Shown: positions 31,567 to 41,002 of the stretch, piece after piece
How the letters are laid out: each line of letters starts with the position of its first letter
Numbering within the stretch: position 1 is the stretch's first letter
Source of the DNA: Sulfurospirillum sp.
Lineage (GTDB): Bacteria > Campylobacterota > Campylobacteria > Campylobacterales > Sulfurospirillaceae
Direction: 5' to 3'
NCBI GenBank assembly: GCA_045047115.1
Contig: JASFYR010000019.1
Location: forward strand, 17,578-81,577
DNA: 64,000 nucleotides
Translations under genes and position numbers: made by a program
The notes under the pieces: generated by a model
The model's database searches: none
Told to the model about the DNA's origin: nothing
What the model saw: the letters and a program-made list of their open reading frames with translations, nothing else

Positions 31567-32455
31567 TTAACACTCCGTTAATTATATCACGCAAAAGAGA
31601 TTTGATATTTTCCGAACTGTTTGTTTTCAGAAAAGATCTAAGTGCTTTAACTGCATCATTTTTTTGATGTAGTCTGTATTTTGATTTTGCAAACCAAATC
31701 CAACTTCTTTCGCTACTGCTGTCTATATCATTTGCTATAATCGACCATTTCAAAGAATTTCGATAATCCTTCTGTTGATAATAGTTTTCGCAAAGCATTA
31801 AGGCAAATACAATATCATGCGTTCTCTTAAACTTGTTGTTAAGATATTTAATTGAATCAATATCCTTCATCTCTATATTGATTTTTGGCTTTTTCTTCTC
31901 TCCATCTGTTATTGTAGCATTTTTCTTTGTATTTTTAGCTATCTTATCATTTTTTTTATTGGTTTTTGCTACTGTAATATCATGGAATGGGTAGAAAAAG
32001 ATCAAACTTCTTCTATTTGAGTGGTCTATTACAAAGGTGTTTGACGGACGAATTCTAAATACAAAATTTTCTTGTGTATTGTTCTTTTTTTTTGGTATTA
32101 CAGTTTTATTTAAATCATCAGAGGAAATATATTCGCTTTTTTGGACTTTAACTGTTGTGTTTTTTTCTGCAGTTTTTATAGGTTGCTTTGATGCTAAAAT
32201 GCTATTTTTTTTCAAGCTTGTATTTTGATCTTTTTTTAAAAAAAGAGTACTTATATTTTTTTCGGCAATTTTTTCTATAGGTTGCATTTTTTTGATTTGA
32301 ATTTTTGATTTGTAAAAGTAAAAAATGTAGTATGTAGCAGATGAGGCAAATAGAGTAAAAAACAGAGCAATAAGAAAAGATTTGAATCTTTTCTTTAAAA
32401 TGTATCTGGAATATTTTTTCTCCAAATCTGCTATATCTTTTGTGCTAAGCATCAA
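31559..32455 (-). CDS. hypothetical bitopic membrane protein with TPR-like C-terminus (possible ExeB analogue)
   Basis: 298 aa with one TM (FLIALFFTLFASSATYYIFYF), a low-complexity K/N-rich linker and a helical C-terminal region. Overlaps the upstream AAA gene by 11 nt. Confidence 0.5.
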   Translation of the reverse strand: MMLSTKDIADLEKKYSRYILKKRFKSFLIALFFTLFASSATYYIFYFYKSKIQIKKMQPIEKIAEKNISTLFLKKDQNTSLKKNSILASKQPIKTAEKNTTVKVQKSEYISSDDLNKTVIPKKKNNTQENFVFRIRPSNTFVIDHSNRRSLIFFYPFHDITVAKTNKKNDKIAKNTKKNATITDGEKKKPKINIEMKDIDSIKYLNNKFKRTHDIVFALMLCENYYQQKDYRNSLKWSIIANDIDSSSERSWIWFAKSKYRLHQKNDAVKALRSFLKTNSSENIKSLLRDIINGVLND

Positions 32456-33257
32456 TCATCCCTTGCGAAATTCCTGCCATTTCAAGATATTTTATTTGTA
32501 GTGATCTTTGGTTTATTTTTGATGGATTTGAAGTATCATAGTATTCTAAAATTTCGAATAATTTAAATAAAAGTTTGTTTATAGTTCTCAGGTTGCCTTT
32601 GGTAAGTTTCATAATCATCTTTAAATGCTTCTCTTTAAATAGAGAAAGATACTCAAATTTATTGTGAAATATCAATTTTTTTTCTATATATGTTTTAACT
32701 TCTATATAGTTGGAATTTTCCAACTCAATACTCTCCCAAATACGAGTTTTAAAATAATCTTTTGCAAGAATGTCTTCTTCATCGGTCTTATGCACAGTAA
32801 AGAGGAATTTAAATTTTCTAGAATCTGCCATAAGCCTGATTTTCTCGATTAAGTCACCCGGATAAAGTTGAGATTCGTCCATGAGTACTGTGGTTGCAAC
32901 TCTGTTTTTATCTAATTTTTTTGTAACTATTGATAAAAATTCATCGTAGCCACTAAATTTTGGTGCAGTTTCTTTGAAACTTTTTTTGTATAAAACTTTT
33001 AGAAATTCAATCTCATCAAAAAAAGGTCTTGGAAGAAAAATGATATTTTTCTTTTTTTTAAAATCATTATATATTTTTTGCAGAAGAAATGTTTTTCCTG
33101 TGCCTGGTTTACCGTAAAACAAGATAAGCTTTAATGGTTTGTTTATGGCCTGTATAAGCTTATCATACGCGATAGATGATTTGTCCAGATTTACATAATC
33201 AAAAACTTCACCATCTAGAAAAATATTTTTTAAATCAGAATATTGACTTTTATTCAT
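32445..33257 (-). CDS. AAA ATPase, ExeA/GspA-like (CtsP-like)
   Basis: 270 aa. Walker A GKPGTGKTF and Walker B VLMDESQ. Sits directly downstream of the secretin gene, which is the position of ctsP in the C. jejuni cts locus as I recall it. Confidence 0.65.
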   Translation of the reverse strand: MNKSQYSDLKNIFLDGEVFDYVNLDKSSIAYDKLIQAINKPLKLILFYGKPGTGKTFLLQKIYNDFKKKKNIIFLPRPFFDEIEFLKVLYKKSFKETAPKFSGYDEFLSIVTKKLDKNRVATTVLMDESQLYPGDLIEKIRLMADSRKFKFLFTVHKTDEEDILAKDYFKTRIWESIELENSNYIEVKTYIEKKLIFHNKFEYLSLFKEKHLKMIMKLTKGNLRTINKLLFKLFEILEYYDTSNPSKINQRSLQIKYLEMAGISQGMIDA

Positions 33258-34731
33258 ACATTCTCTTGGAAAAGCCTAACTCTCTTAAAGAGGTTTTTGT
33301 TACACCGTTTACACCAATTATTTTAGGAGTTATAACAAAAATTAGCTCTTGTGAAGTCAAACTATCGCCAGTATGTTTAAAAGCATTACCCAAGATAGGG
33401 ATATCACTAAGTAGAGGTACTCCGGAGTTTGCCTTCCCTTTTGAATTTGTTATTAAGCCACCTAATATTATTGTACTTCCGTTTTTTACTCTAACAACGG
33501 TAGAAAGCTTTTTCTCTGAAGTGTCAGGCGCTATTTCTCTCGGAACTGTTTGCTTTCCGTCATCCACGCTATATTTAAAATTGCTTACTGATGGATTAAT
33601 TCTCAGTATTATTTCACCATTATTGGATATTTCGGGTGTTATGTTTAAGAGTACTCCTATAAATATAGAATAATTTTTATATGTTGTTATTGTAGGTGCA
33701 TTTGATGTGTTGCTTGTTGAATTTTCAGGTACACGATAATTTATATTGTCTCCGACTGTTATTAGTGCTTGTTGATTGTTTAGGGTTAAAACTTTTGGAC
33801 TTGAAACTGTTTTGGTGTTTCCATAAGTCTTAAGAAAATCAATTAAACCTGACATTGTAAATAAATTTTTACTTATTACGGTATATGTATTTGTATAGTT
33901 TAGAGCTTTTAGAGGAGTTGTGCCTGTTCCATTAAGATTGAAATCTGCAGTGTTATTTAAGGATAGATTAAACTTACTCCAGTCTATACCTGTAGAACTT
34001 TTGTTTTCAAGACTCACAGAGAGTATTGATACACTGATTAAGACCTGCTTATGAAGCCTTTTTCTGAGAATTTCTATATATTTTTCAACTCTATCAAGCT
34101 GTTTTTTTGTTGCGGTTACTGTTATGATTCCAGCGCTCGAGTTTATGATTGGTTTATCGGCCTTGTATTTGTCTTCAGCAGTATTTAAAACAGCAGTCAG
34201 TTCGTCTGATATTTTTGCCCAAAAATCAAAAGTATCATTTGATGTTATTTTATTATCACCGTTTATAGTTCTTGTTCCACCTTCAGCCATGGGGGTTGCA
34301 TCTACTGAAGCATTTAATACTGCGGTTCCATTTCTAACAGATGTTATGTAGTCTATATTAAATATTTTAGTGTTCAATGAAGAAATTTTTAAAAAATTTT
34401 GATCAAATGTATAGTATAAGTCATTTTCCCCTACCAATAATTTGAAAAGTTCATTTAGTGAAAGATCTTTTATATTGACGCTGTCTAGGTTTTTTTTCAA
34501 TATTTCTCTGGCAAAATCATCTTTTATAACAACTGTAAAATTACATGAATCAGCAAGTTGTGACAATAGGTCCATATTGCTTACCTTGTCATTTGTTTTA
34601 ATGGTAAATGCTCTATATTCACAAGATTTATTGTTTTTTGCAGCATAAAGAGGGAAAACTGCAAAACAAGCTAAAACTATCAGTGAAAAAAGTTTTTTGT
34701 TATTTTGACGAAAATTTGATCTTAGACTCAT
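33250..34731 (-). CDS. secretin (PilQ/GspD family; CtsD-like)
   Basis: 493 aa. Signal peptide and C-terminal secretin domain (IILGGLI..GVPLLSDIPILGNAF..LIFVITPKII). Confidence 0.85.
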   Translation of the reverse strand: MSLRSNFRQNNKKLFSLIVLACFAVFPLYAAKNNKSCEYRAFTIKTNDKVSNMDLLSQLADSCNFTVVIKDDFAREILKKNLDSVNIKDLSLNELFKLLVGENDLYYTFDQNFLKISSLNTKIFNIDYITSVRNGTAVLNASVDATPMAEGGTRTINGDNKITSNDTFDFWAKISDELTAVLNTAEDKYKADKPIINSSAGIITVTATKKQLDRVEKYIEILRKRLHKQVLISVSILSVSLENKSSTGIDWSKFNLSLNNTADFNLNGTGTTPLKALNYTNTYTVISKNLFTMSGLIDFLKTYGNTKTVSSPKVLTLNNQQALITVGDNINYRVPENSTSNTSNAPTITTYKNYSIFIGVLLNITPEISNNGEIILRINPSVSNFKYSVDDGKQTVPREIAPDTSEKKLSTVVRVKNGSTIILGGLITNSKGKANSGVPLLSDIPILGNAFKHTGDSLTSQELIFVITPKIIGVNGVTKTSLRELGFSKRMYE

Positions 34732-35152
34732 TGTCTTTCCTTATAAAAAGTTCTTTTTTTGTGTTTTGACTTCTTAATAAAACACTTCTTTTTTTTATTT
34801 TTATCAATCTGTACGCTCCAATTTTTGCACGCTTTTTGTACCACTTACCGTTTATCATAGCTTTCTTATTGAAAATCGCATCTAAATTATATATGATTTT
34901 TGCTTTTTTGGTCTTGTTTGTATCACCAGCCTTTTTATATATAACTACAAAAGGATTTTTGATTTTATTTATAGTTTTTGCAGCAACACCGATTCTTGTT
35001 TCGCTTATTCTTTCAAAAATTTTATTATACTGTTTTGTATTATTACCAAGATTTAAGTTTGCGCTTGAAAATAAAAAAGCCGGTAAAAAAAGTATGAAAA
35101 TAAAAAGTATATTTTTAAAGTTGATTAATTTTTTCAATATTTCATCCCCCAT
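34700..35152 (-). CDS. hypothetical PilP-like small periplasmic protein
   Basis: 150 aa with an N-terminal hydrophobic anchor and a C-terminal segment AMINGKWYKKRAKIGAYRLIKIKKRSVLL, resembling PilP/GspC-type beta domains. Lies directly upstream of the secretin gene. Confidence 0.4.
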   Translation of the reverse strand: MGDEILKKLINFKNILFIFILFLPAFLFSSANLNLGNNTKQYNKIFERISETRIGVAAKTINKIKNPFVVIYKKAGDTNKTKKAKIIYNLDAIFNKKAMINGKWYKKRAKIGAYRLIKIKKRSVLLRSQNTKKELFIRKDNESKIKFSSK

Positions 35153-35781
35153 ACACCTATATTTATGTAGCCATCTACTCCAGCGGCTCCTGTTAGCTTC
35201 ATTTCGTAAATATCTACTACGAGTTTGCTCTCTTCAATGGTATTTATGAATTTCATAATATTTTTAAATCTACCATTGAATTCAACTTTAAGATTCAAAA
35301 TTTGTTCAATCTTCTGTAGGCTTGGTTTGTTGATTCTGTTTTTTATAATTTTGATTTTTACATGATTTTTTGCAGCTATAATTGTAATGGAATTAAGGAA
35401 TTTGGCCCAATTTTGATTGTTAAACAGAAGATATGATAAATCTTTCAGTTTGTTATCAACATATGTGTTGGTGTAAGTTGTCTTTTCTAACTGTATCTTT
35501 TCACCCTCAATTTCACTTTTGGCTTTTTTTATATAAAATCTCTCATCCCCGTTTCTTGTAACAGATCTAAGATAGCTCTTCTCGTTTTGAACTTTTTTGT
35601 TAATGGAGAGTAAATTTCTTTTTGTGATTTTTAATTTTTTTTCTGTTATTGGAAACAGATATGAATATACAATAAATCCAACAAAGACAAATATCATTAA
35701 AAAAATCAGAGCAAGTTCACTCTCTTTTTTTTCGGCTAAAGTTGCATCTATCTTTTCAAATATATTTTCTGAGCTACTCAT
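35134..35781 (-). CDS. hypothetical PilO-like bitopic membrane protein
   Basis: 215 aa: short cytoplasmic N-terminus, one TM, a coiled coil and a C-terminal globular part. Assigned by position and topology only. Confidence 0.45.
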   Translation of the reverse strand: MSSSENIFEKIDATLAEKKESELALIFLMIFVFVGFIVYSYLFPITEKKLKITKRNLLSINKKVQNEKSYLRSVTRNGDERFYIKKAKSEIEGEKIQLEKTTYTNTYVDNKLKDLSYLLFNNQNWAKFLNSITIIAAKNHVKIKIIKNRINKPSLQKIEQILNLKVEFNGRFKNIMKFINTIEESKLVVDIYEMKLTGAAGVDGYINIGVWGMKY

Positions 35782-37297
35782 TGATTAATCCTATAGTTAC
35801 TTTTGATATATACTTTTGTTTTTTATCAACTTTTTCTATTTTGTCAGTATTTATGTTATATTTATTGAGTGCTGTTAGATTTTTTATGAATTCTGTAATT
35901 CTTTTATCGCTTCTATTTTGTATATCAAATATGAATTTGTTATTTTTAAACTCTATGTCGTCAATTTTTGAGTTGTATTTATTTGAAATTTTAAAAAATT
36001 CAGCCAAGATAAGGGCTTTCATCGGATAGGATATCTTTTTCTTGTAAATCTCTGTAAGTAATTTTTTTCTAAACTCAAATTTATCACTCTCTTTTTTTAA
36101 AAGGCCATCAAGTCTGTTTTTCTCCTGCTTTAGAGTAGCAAGACTGTTTTTGATAGCGGATGTCTTTTTATTAAGTTTCACAAATGTTTTTGTCTGTTTG
36201 TCGAGCTTTAGTTGTAAAAAATAATCATATCCTGTTTGGTATGCCGGATAAGCTAAGGATAAAATTATACTGGCTGCAACTACCCCGAGAAGTTTCCCTG
36301 ATGGTCTTTTTGAAAGTGGAGGAGGGCGCCTGAAAGGTGAAAAGTTTAGACTGTCATCTTTCTCTTCAAAATATGCCTGTGCAGCCAAAATCATAAGTAT
36401 GTGAATCTGATCTATATACCACTCTTTTGAGTTGATAGCTATACTAAAATTAAAATCATGTGATTCCAGGCCAAGATAGCTTTGTGCATACTCTTCAATG
36501 CCAAGAAGTTCTCCAATTTCCGAACCGATATACAATTTATCAATTGACTCAAGAGAGTATGATCTTTTTGCATATATCAAAACATCGTTGATATATAAAA
36601 ATATCTCTCCAAAAAGTTTCATAAGATGTTGCTGATAGTCCAGATTGGTGCCTTTTAATCCTTCTCTTGTAAGAAGACTATCAAAATCTTTATCTTCAAT
36701 TCTTTCACCTATTAATTCACAAAATTTTTCATTAATTTGCGTTAGAGAATAGTGTAAGGACTTTGAATATATGTATTCCCCATCTCTGTAAATCGCAAGA
36801 AAAGCATCTTTTTTTTGAAAATAGACAAAACAATCAATTCCATCTGGCTCGATAAAAGCTTTTTTGTAGAGAGATTGCATTAAAAACGGAGTACCGGTTG
36901 CATAGTCTATGTATTTTGTATGTTTTTTTATTGGAGTGAGTCGCTCATCTACAGATGCTGCGTCTATAACAAAGACATTGAATGTTCTGTTTTTTGTATC
37001 ATTTGTCTCAGTTTCAAGATATGTAATCGAATAATTTACAGCGGAGTCAAGTCCTAGCTCATCATATACTTTTATCTCTATAGCGTCTTTTAAATCGCTC
37101 TCAGGTATATTTCTGCTCATATCAATTGCGGCAGAGATGATATCTTTTGAAGGAATATAAGAGATGATAAAAGATTCTTTTTTGCTCTTTTCAAGTTTAT
37201 TGACTTTGATTTCATTTTTGGAGTATTCGTAGGAATTAAGAGTTATGGGGTCAACGGAAATGATGCTTGAAAAGTTCTTATCTTTGTTTGTCGCCAT
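35774..37297 (-). CDS. hypothetical PilM/PilN-like fusion protein
   Basis: 507 aa: a cytoplasmic domain of about 330 aa, a proline-rich RRPPPLSKRP linker, one TM (LLGVVAASIILSLAY), then a coiled coil and C-terminal domain. First gene of the cluster. Assigned by architecture only. Confidence 0.45.
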   Translation of the reverse strand: MATNKDKNFSSIISVDPITLNSYEYSKNEIKVNKLEKSKKESFIISYIPSKDIISAAIDMSRNIPESDLKDAIEIKVYDELGLDSAVNYSITYLETETNDTKNRTFNVFVIDAASVDERLTPIKKHTKYIDYATGTPFLMQSLYKKAFIEPDGIDCFVYFQKKDAFLAIYRDGEYIYSKSLHYSLTQINEKFCELIGERIEDKDFDSLLTREGLKGTNLDYQQHLMKLFGEIFLYINDVLIYAKRSYSLESIDKLYIGSEIGELLGIEEYAQSYLGLESHDFNFSIAINSKEWYIDQIHILMILAAQAYFEEKDDSLNFSPFRRPPPLSKRPSGKLLGVVAASIILSLAYPAYQTGYDYFLQLKLDKQTKTFVKLNKKTSAIKNSLATLKQEKNRLDGLLKKESDKFEFRKKLLTEIYKKKISYPMKALILAEFFKISNKYNSKIDDIEFKNNKFIFDIQNRSDKRITEFIKNLTALNKYNINTDKIEKVDKKQKYISKVTIGLINE

Positions 37298-37343
37298 AAT
37301 TCACAACTCCTATTTTTAAATAAATAAAGTTAATCTACGATCA

Positions 37344-37352
37344 ATTGTACCA
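37344..37352 (-). promoter_or_regulatory. candidate extended -10 element for the pilus-like cluster
   Basis: The minus strand reads TGGTACAAT (TGnTAnAAT) in the 69-nt era/pilM-like spacer. RBS AGGAG precedes the ATG at 37297. Confidence 0.3.
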
Positions 37353-37366
37353 TAAAAAATTTATTT

Positions 37367-38260
37367 TTAATCTAAAACATACCCCATTTTCTTCAAAAGT
37401 TCCCTATTTTGGCTCCATCCAGGCTTAATAGTGACAAAAATTTTCAAAAATGCCTGCTTATCAATGATTTTTTCTATCTTCTGTCTAGCCCTTCTACCAA
37501 TCCTTTTAAGCGTCTGTCCGTCTTTGCCTATAATGATGCCTTTTTGACTCTTTTTTTCGACTATTATATTGGCAAATATGCGTTCAATTTCTTCATCTTC
37601 TTCGACACTGTCAATAATTACATCGGCAAAATAGGGAATCTCTTCACTTGTATTTTCGAAAATCGACTCTCTTATATATTCTTTATATATGTCTCTCATT
37701 TTTTCGGTGGTTAAAATTTCAGGATCATACAGATATGGGTGTTTTGGTATATATTTTGAAATCTCCTCGAGTATATAGCTTTGCGTAACTCCTTTTTTTA
37801 TAGAAATGGGGATTAGGGATAAAAATTTATCCTGGTATTTGCTAAATTCCATTATTTTTTTGAGAACTTTTTCATTCTTGACCTGATCTGTTTTTGTGAG
37901 TAGCACCATATGAGGTGTGTTTTTGCTGTTTTTTTTCAGAAAGTCAAGATAATAGTCGATTTTGTCTGTTATGGGTGATAAAAAGAGAATCAAGTCACAA
38001 TCTCCCATAGCCTTGAGTGCCTCTTCGAGCATAAATTGGTTTAACAATCTCTCTTGTTCGTGAATTCCCGGGGTATCTATGAAGATAATTTGGGTGTTTT
38101 CATGAAGTGCTATTATTTTGGATCTTCTTCTCGTGGCATTTGCCTTATGGGAGACCATAGCTATCTTTTCTCCCACAAGCCAGTTTAAAAGGGAGCTTTT
38201 GCCTGCATTTGGTCTGCCGACTACTGCTACGAAGCCGGATTTTGTATTGATATCTTGCAT
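37367..38260 (-). CDS. era: GTPase Era
   Basis: 297 aa. G1 GRPNAGKSS, G3 DTPG, G4 TKTD, C-terminal KH domain. Confidence 0.95.
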   Translation of the reverse strand: MQDINTKSGFVAVVGRPNAGKSSLLNWLVGEKIAMVSHKANATRRRSKIIALHENTQIIFIDTPGIHEQERLLNQFMLEEALKAMGDCDLILFLSPITDKIDYYLDFLKKNSKNTPHMVLLTKTDQVKNEKVLKKIMEFSKYQDKFLSLIPISIKKGVTQSYILEEISKYIPKHPYLYDPEILTTEKMRDIYKEYIRESIFENTSEEIPYFADVIIDSVEEDEEIERIFANIIVEKKSQKGIIIGKDGQTLKRIGRRARQKIEKIIDKQAFLKIFVTIKPGWSQNRELLKKMGYVLD

Positions 38261-39585
38261 TAGAGAATATACCTGCTACTGTCTTCGTCCTCTACTATGG
38301 AATCTAGTTTTTCATGTACTAACTCTTTTGTTATTTTTATATTTTCTCCTGCGCGTTCATCCGCGCTAAAGCTTATGTCCTCGAGTACTTTTTCTATGAC
38401 TGTATGAAGTCGTCTTGCTCCAATATCTTCCGTCTTCTCATTTGTCAGATGAGAGATTTTAGCAATTGCTTTAACTGCATCGTCTTCAAAAACAAGATCT
38501 ACATTTTCAGTTTTGAGAAGCTCTTTGTACTGTTTGAGAAGAGAATTTTTTGGCTGAGTCAAAATCTTATACAAAATTTCTTCACTTAGAGAGTTGAGCT
38601 CTACTCTGAGAGGAAATCTTCCCTGAAGCTCAGGAATCAGATCGCTTGGTTTGCTAAGATGGAAAGCTCCCGCAGAGATAAAAAGGATATGGTCAGTTTT
38701 TATGACACCGTATTTTGTATTTACATCACTTCCTTCTACTATCGGAAGCAAGTCTCTTTGTACACCCTCTTTGCTGGGGTCACTTCTGTTTCCGGCGTGA
38801 GAGCCAACGGCGACTTTATCTATCTCATCTATAAAGATTATGCCACCATTTTCAGCTCTGTCTTTTGCCTCTATTTTTATGGCTTCAAAATCAAGCAGTT
38901 TTTCACTTGCTTCATTTTTCAGTGCCTCTTTCGCCTCTTTTACTTTGAGTGTTTTTTTGATATTTTTTTGATTGGAGCCCAATATTTTTATAAAAGATTC
39001 TTGGACCTTTACGACTTCGGGAGGCAGCGATGAGTCAGAGAGATCACTACTGCTGTTTGAAACTTCTATCTCTATCTCTAAATCATCCAGTTCTCCGTCA
39101 CGAAATTTTTGTCTCATCTTTCCATAGCTTCTTTGGTAGTCGCTTTTTTTCTCCTCGCTTGCGCCTTTTGGCAGAAGAGGGAGGATTTTTTCTATGATTT
39201 GTTTCTCTACATGCAGAGCTATCTGATCAGCATTTTTTTCTTTATGTTGAGCCCTGATTAGATTAACTGAAGCCATCATTAAGTCTCTCACCATCGACTC
39301 TACATCTCTTCCGACAAATCCAACTTCAGTGTATTTGCTGGCTTCAACTTTTACAAAAGGCAATCCCATCATCTTTGCCATTCTTCTTGCTATTTCTGTT
39401 TTTCCTACACCGGTTGAGCCTATCATGAGGATGTTTTTCGGCATTATCTCCTCTTGCATCTCGGTAGATAACTGCATTCTTCTATATCTGTTTCTTAGTG
39501 CAATTGCTATGGATTTTTTTGCTTCTAGTTGTCCTATTATGTATTCGTCTAAGTATTTAACTATCTCTTTTGGAGTTAAATTCAT
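38260..39585 (-). CDS. hslU: ATP-dependent protease ATPase subunit HslU
   Basis: 441 aa. N-terminus TPKEIVKYLDEYIIGQ and Walker A GSTGVGKTE. Follows hslV. Confidence 0.95.
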   Translation of the reverse strand: MNLTPKEIVKYLDEYIIGQLEAKKSIAIALRNRYRRMQLSTEMQEEIMPKNILMIGSTGVGKTEIARRMAKMMGLPFVKVEASKYTEVGFVGRDVESMVRDLMMASVNLIRAQHKEKNADQIALHVEKQIIEKILPLLPKGASEEKKSDYQRSYGKMRQKFRDGELDDLEIEIEVSNSSSDLSDSSLPPEVVKVQESFIKILGSNQKNIKKTLKVKEAKEALKNEASEKLLDFEAIKIEAKDRAENGGIIFIDEIDKVAVGSHAGNRSDPSKEGVQRDLLPIVEGSDVNTKYGVIKTDHILFISAGAFHLSKPSDLIPELQGRFPLRVELNSLSEEILYKILTQPKNSLLKQYKELLKTENVDLVFEDDAVKAIAKISHLTNEKTEDIGARRLHTVIEKVLEDISFSADERAGENIKITKELVHEKLDSIVEDEDSSRYIL

Positions 39586-40128
39586 CTATTTTGTTTCCTC
39601 TAAAGTATAAATTTTTATATTGTCATTTGTGTATATACAAAGTTCGCTTGCTATTTTCAGACTCTCTTTGACTAAAGTCTCTTCATCTAGACTAGAGTGT
39701 CTTTGAAGTGCTCTTGCCGCTGAAATCGCAAAGTTTCCACCGCTTCCTATGGCTGCAATCTTTTCATCTTCAGGTTCTACCACATCACCGTTTCCACTCA
39801 ATATGAAGATATGCTTTGTATTGAGTACAATCATCATAGCTTCAAGTCTGCGAAGCATCTTGTCTTTTCTCCACTCTTTTGAAAACTCTATGACAGATTT
39901 GTAGAGATCACCTTTTTTTTGACCTAAAATTCCCTCGAACATATCAAAAAGATTGAAAGCATCAGCAGTGCTTCCCGCAAAACCTGCTAAAATTTTCCCA
40001 TTATACAGGCGCCTTATCTTTGTAGCGTTACTTTTCAGTACGCTGTTGCCAAAAGTAACTTGACCATCCCCACCTATGACTGCCTTGTCTTTGCCTTTAT
40101 AGGCAAGTATGGTTGTAGCTTCAAACAT
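39586..40128 (-). CDS. hslV: ATP-dependent protease subunit HslV
   Basis: 180 aa with the N-terminal TTI nucleophile region (MFEATTILA) and a GSGG motif. Confidence 0.95.
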   Translation of the reverse strand: MFEATTILAYKGKDKAVIGGDGQVTFGNSVLKSNATKIRRLYNGKILAGFAGSTADAFNLFDMFEGILGQKKGDLYKSVIEFSKEWRKDKMLRRLEAMMIVLNTKHIFILSGNGDVVEPEDEKIAAIGSGGNFAISAARALQRHSSLDEETLVKESLKIASELCIYTNDNIKIYTLEETK

Positions 40129-40130
40129 TC

Positions 40131-40577
40131 CTATTCTCCAACAATCTCGACAGTTAATTTAGCATGAATGCCATGTCCCAGCTTTGCAGATATATCAAAT
40201 TCACCTGTCATCTTTATGGCTTTATCTATCTCTATACTCTTTTTGTCAATCTCTATATCATATTGGTTTTTCAGCTCATGTGCTATCTCATCTTTTGTTA
40301 CAGCTCCAAAAAGACTGCCATTTGCACCAAGTTTTCTTTTGATTACGAGTCTAATGTCAGCCAATTTTTTTTCTATATCTTTAAGCCTTACTAATTCATC
40401 AGCTGTCTCTTTTGCTTTTCTTTTTTGTTCTGCTTCATATCTTTTTATGACATCATTTGTGGCATGTAGTGCAAAACCTTTTCCTATCAAAAAATTTCTT
40501 CCATAGCCATCTTTCACCTCTTTAATCTCACCTTTTTTGCCAAGTGATTTTACATCTTTAATCAATAAAACTTTCAT
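40131..40577 (-). CDS. rplI: 50S ribosomal protein L9
   Basis: 148 aa. [30 protein letters not shown] is the classic L9 N-terminus. Confidence 0.9.
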   Translation of the reverse strand: MKVLLIKDVKSLGKKGEIKEVKDGYGRNFLIGKGFALHATNDVIKRYEAEQKRKAKETADELVRLKDIEKKLADIRLVIKRKLGANGSLFGAVTKDEIAHELKNQYDIEIDKKSIEIDKAIKMTGEFDISAKLGHGIHAKLTVEIVGE

Positions 40578-41002
40578 CTTTTCTCCTCAATATTTTTTGG
40601 TAACTTTGTATTTTTTCCTGTTTTTCCGGAATATGCAATAATTCCTTCGCTTAAATGGGCTATTTTATCAAAACCCATTCTTTTTAGTATCATCAATACC
40701 TGTTCTGTCCTGTTTCCTGTCCGGCAGTAGAGTATAATATGCTCATCTTTTATCTTTTCAAGATCTTCTATATGTCTGTGCAATAGCGTTGTCGGATAGA
40801 GCAAATCTGTTTTATCTATACTCCTGTCGCTATACTCATAAATTTCACGAATGTCTATCAATTTAAAATCAAACTTGCCTTCTTCTTTGTATCTAAGTAA
40901 CTCCTGTAAATCTTCATCTTTCACTTGAGCGCTTGAAAATACTCTTTTTTTTATCTCTTCCAAGTCATGCATCGCCATAGAATTTTTTGTTTTTTCCGCC
41001 AA
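40574..41002 (-). CDS. rhodanese-domain protein
   Basis: Active-site loop CRTGNRT. Start ambiguous: TTG at 41002, or ATG at 40978 or 40972. All of these overlap the argG 3' end. Confidence 0.75.
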   Translation of the reverse strand: MAEKTKNSMAMHDLEEIKKRVFSSAQVKDEDLQELLRYKEEGKFDFKLIDIREIYEYSDRSIDKTDLLYPTTLLHRHIEDLEKIKDEHIILYCRTGNRTEQVLMILKRMGFDKIAHLSEGIIAYSGKTGKNTKLPKNIEEKR

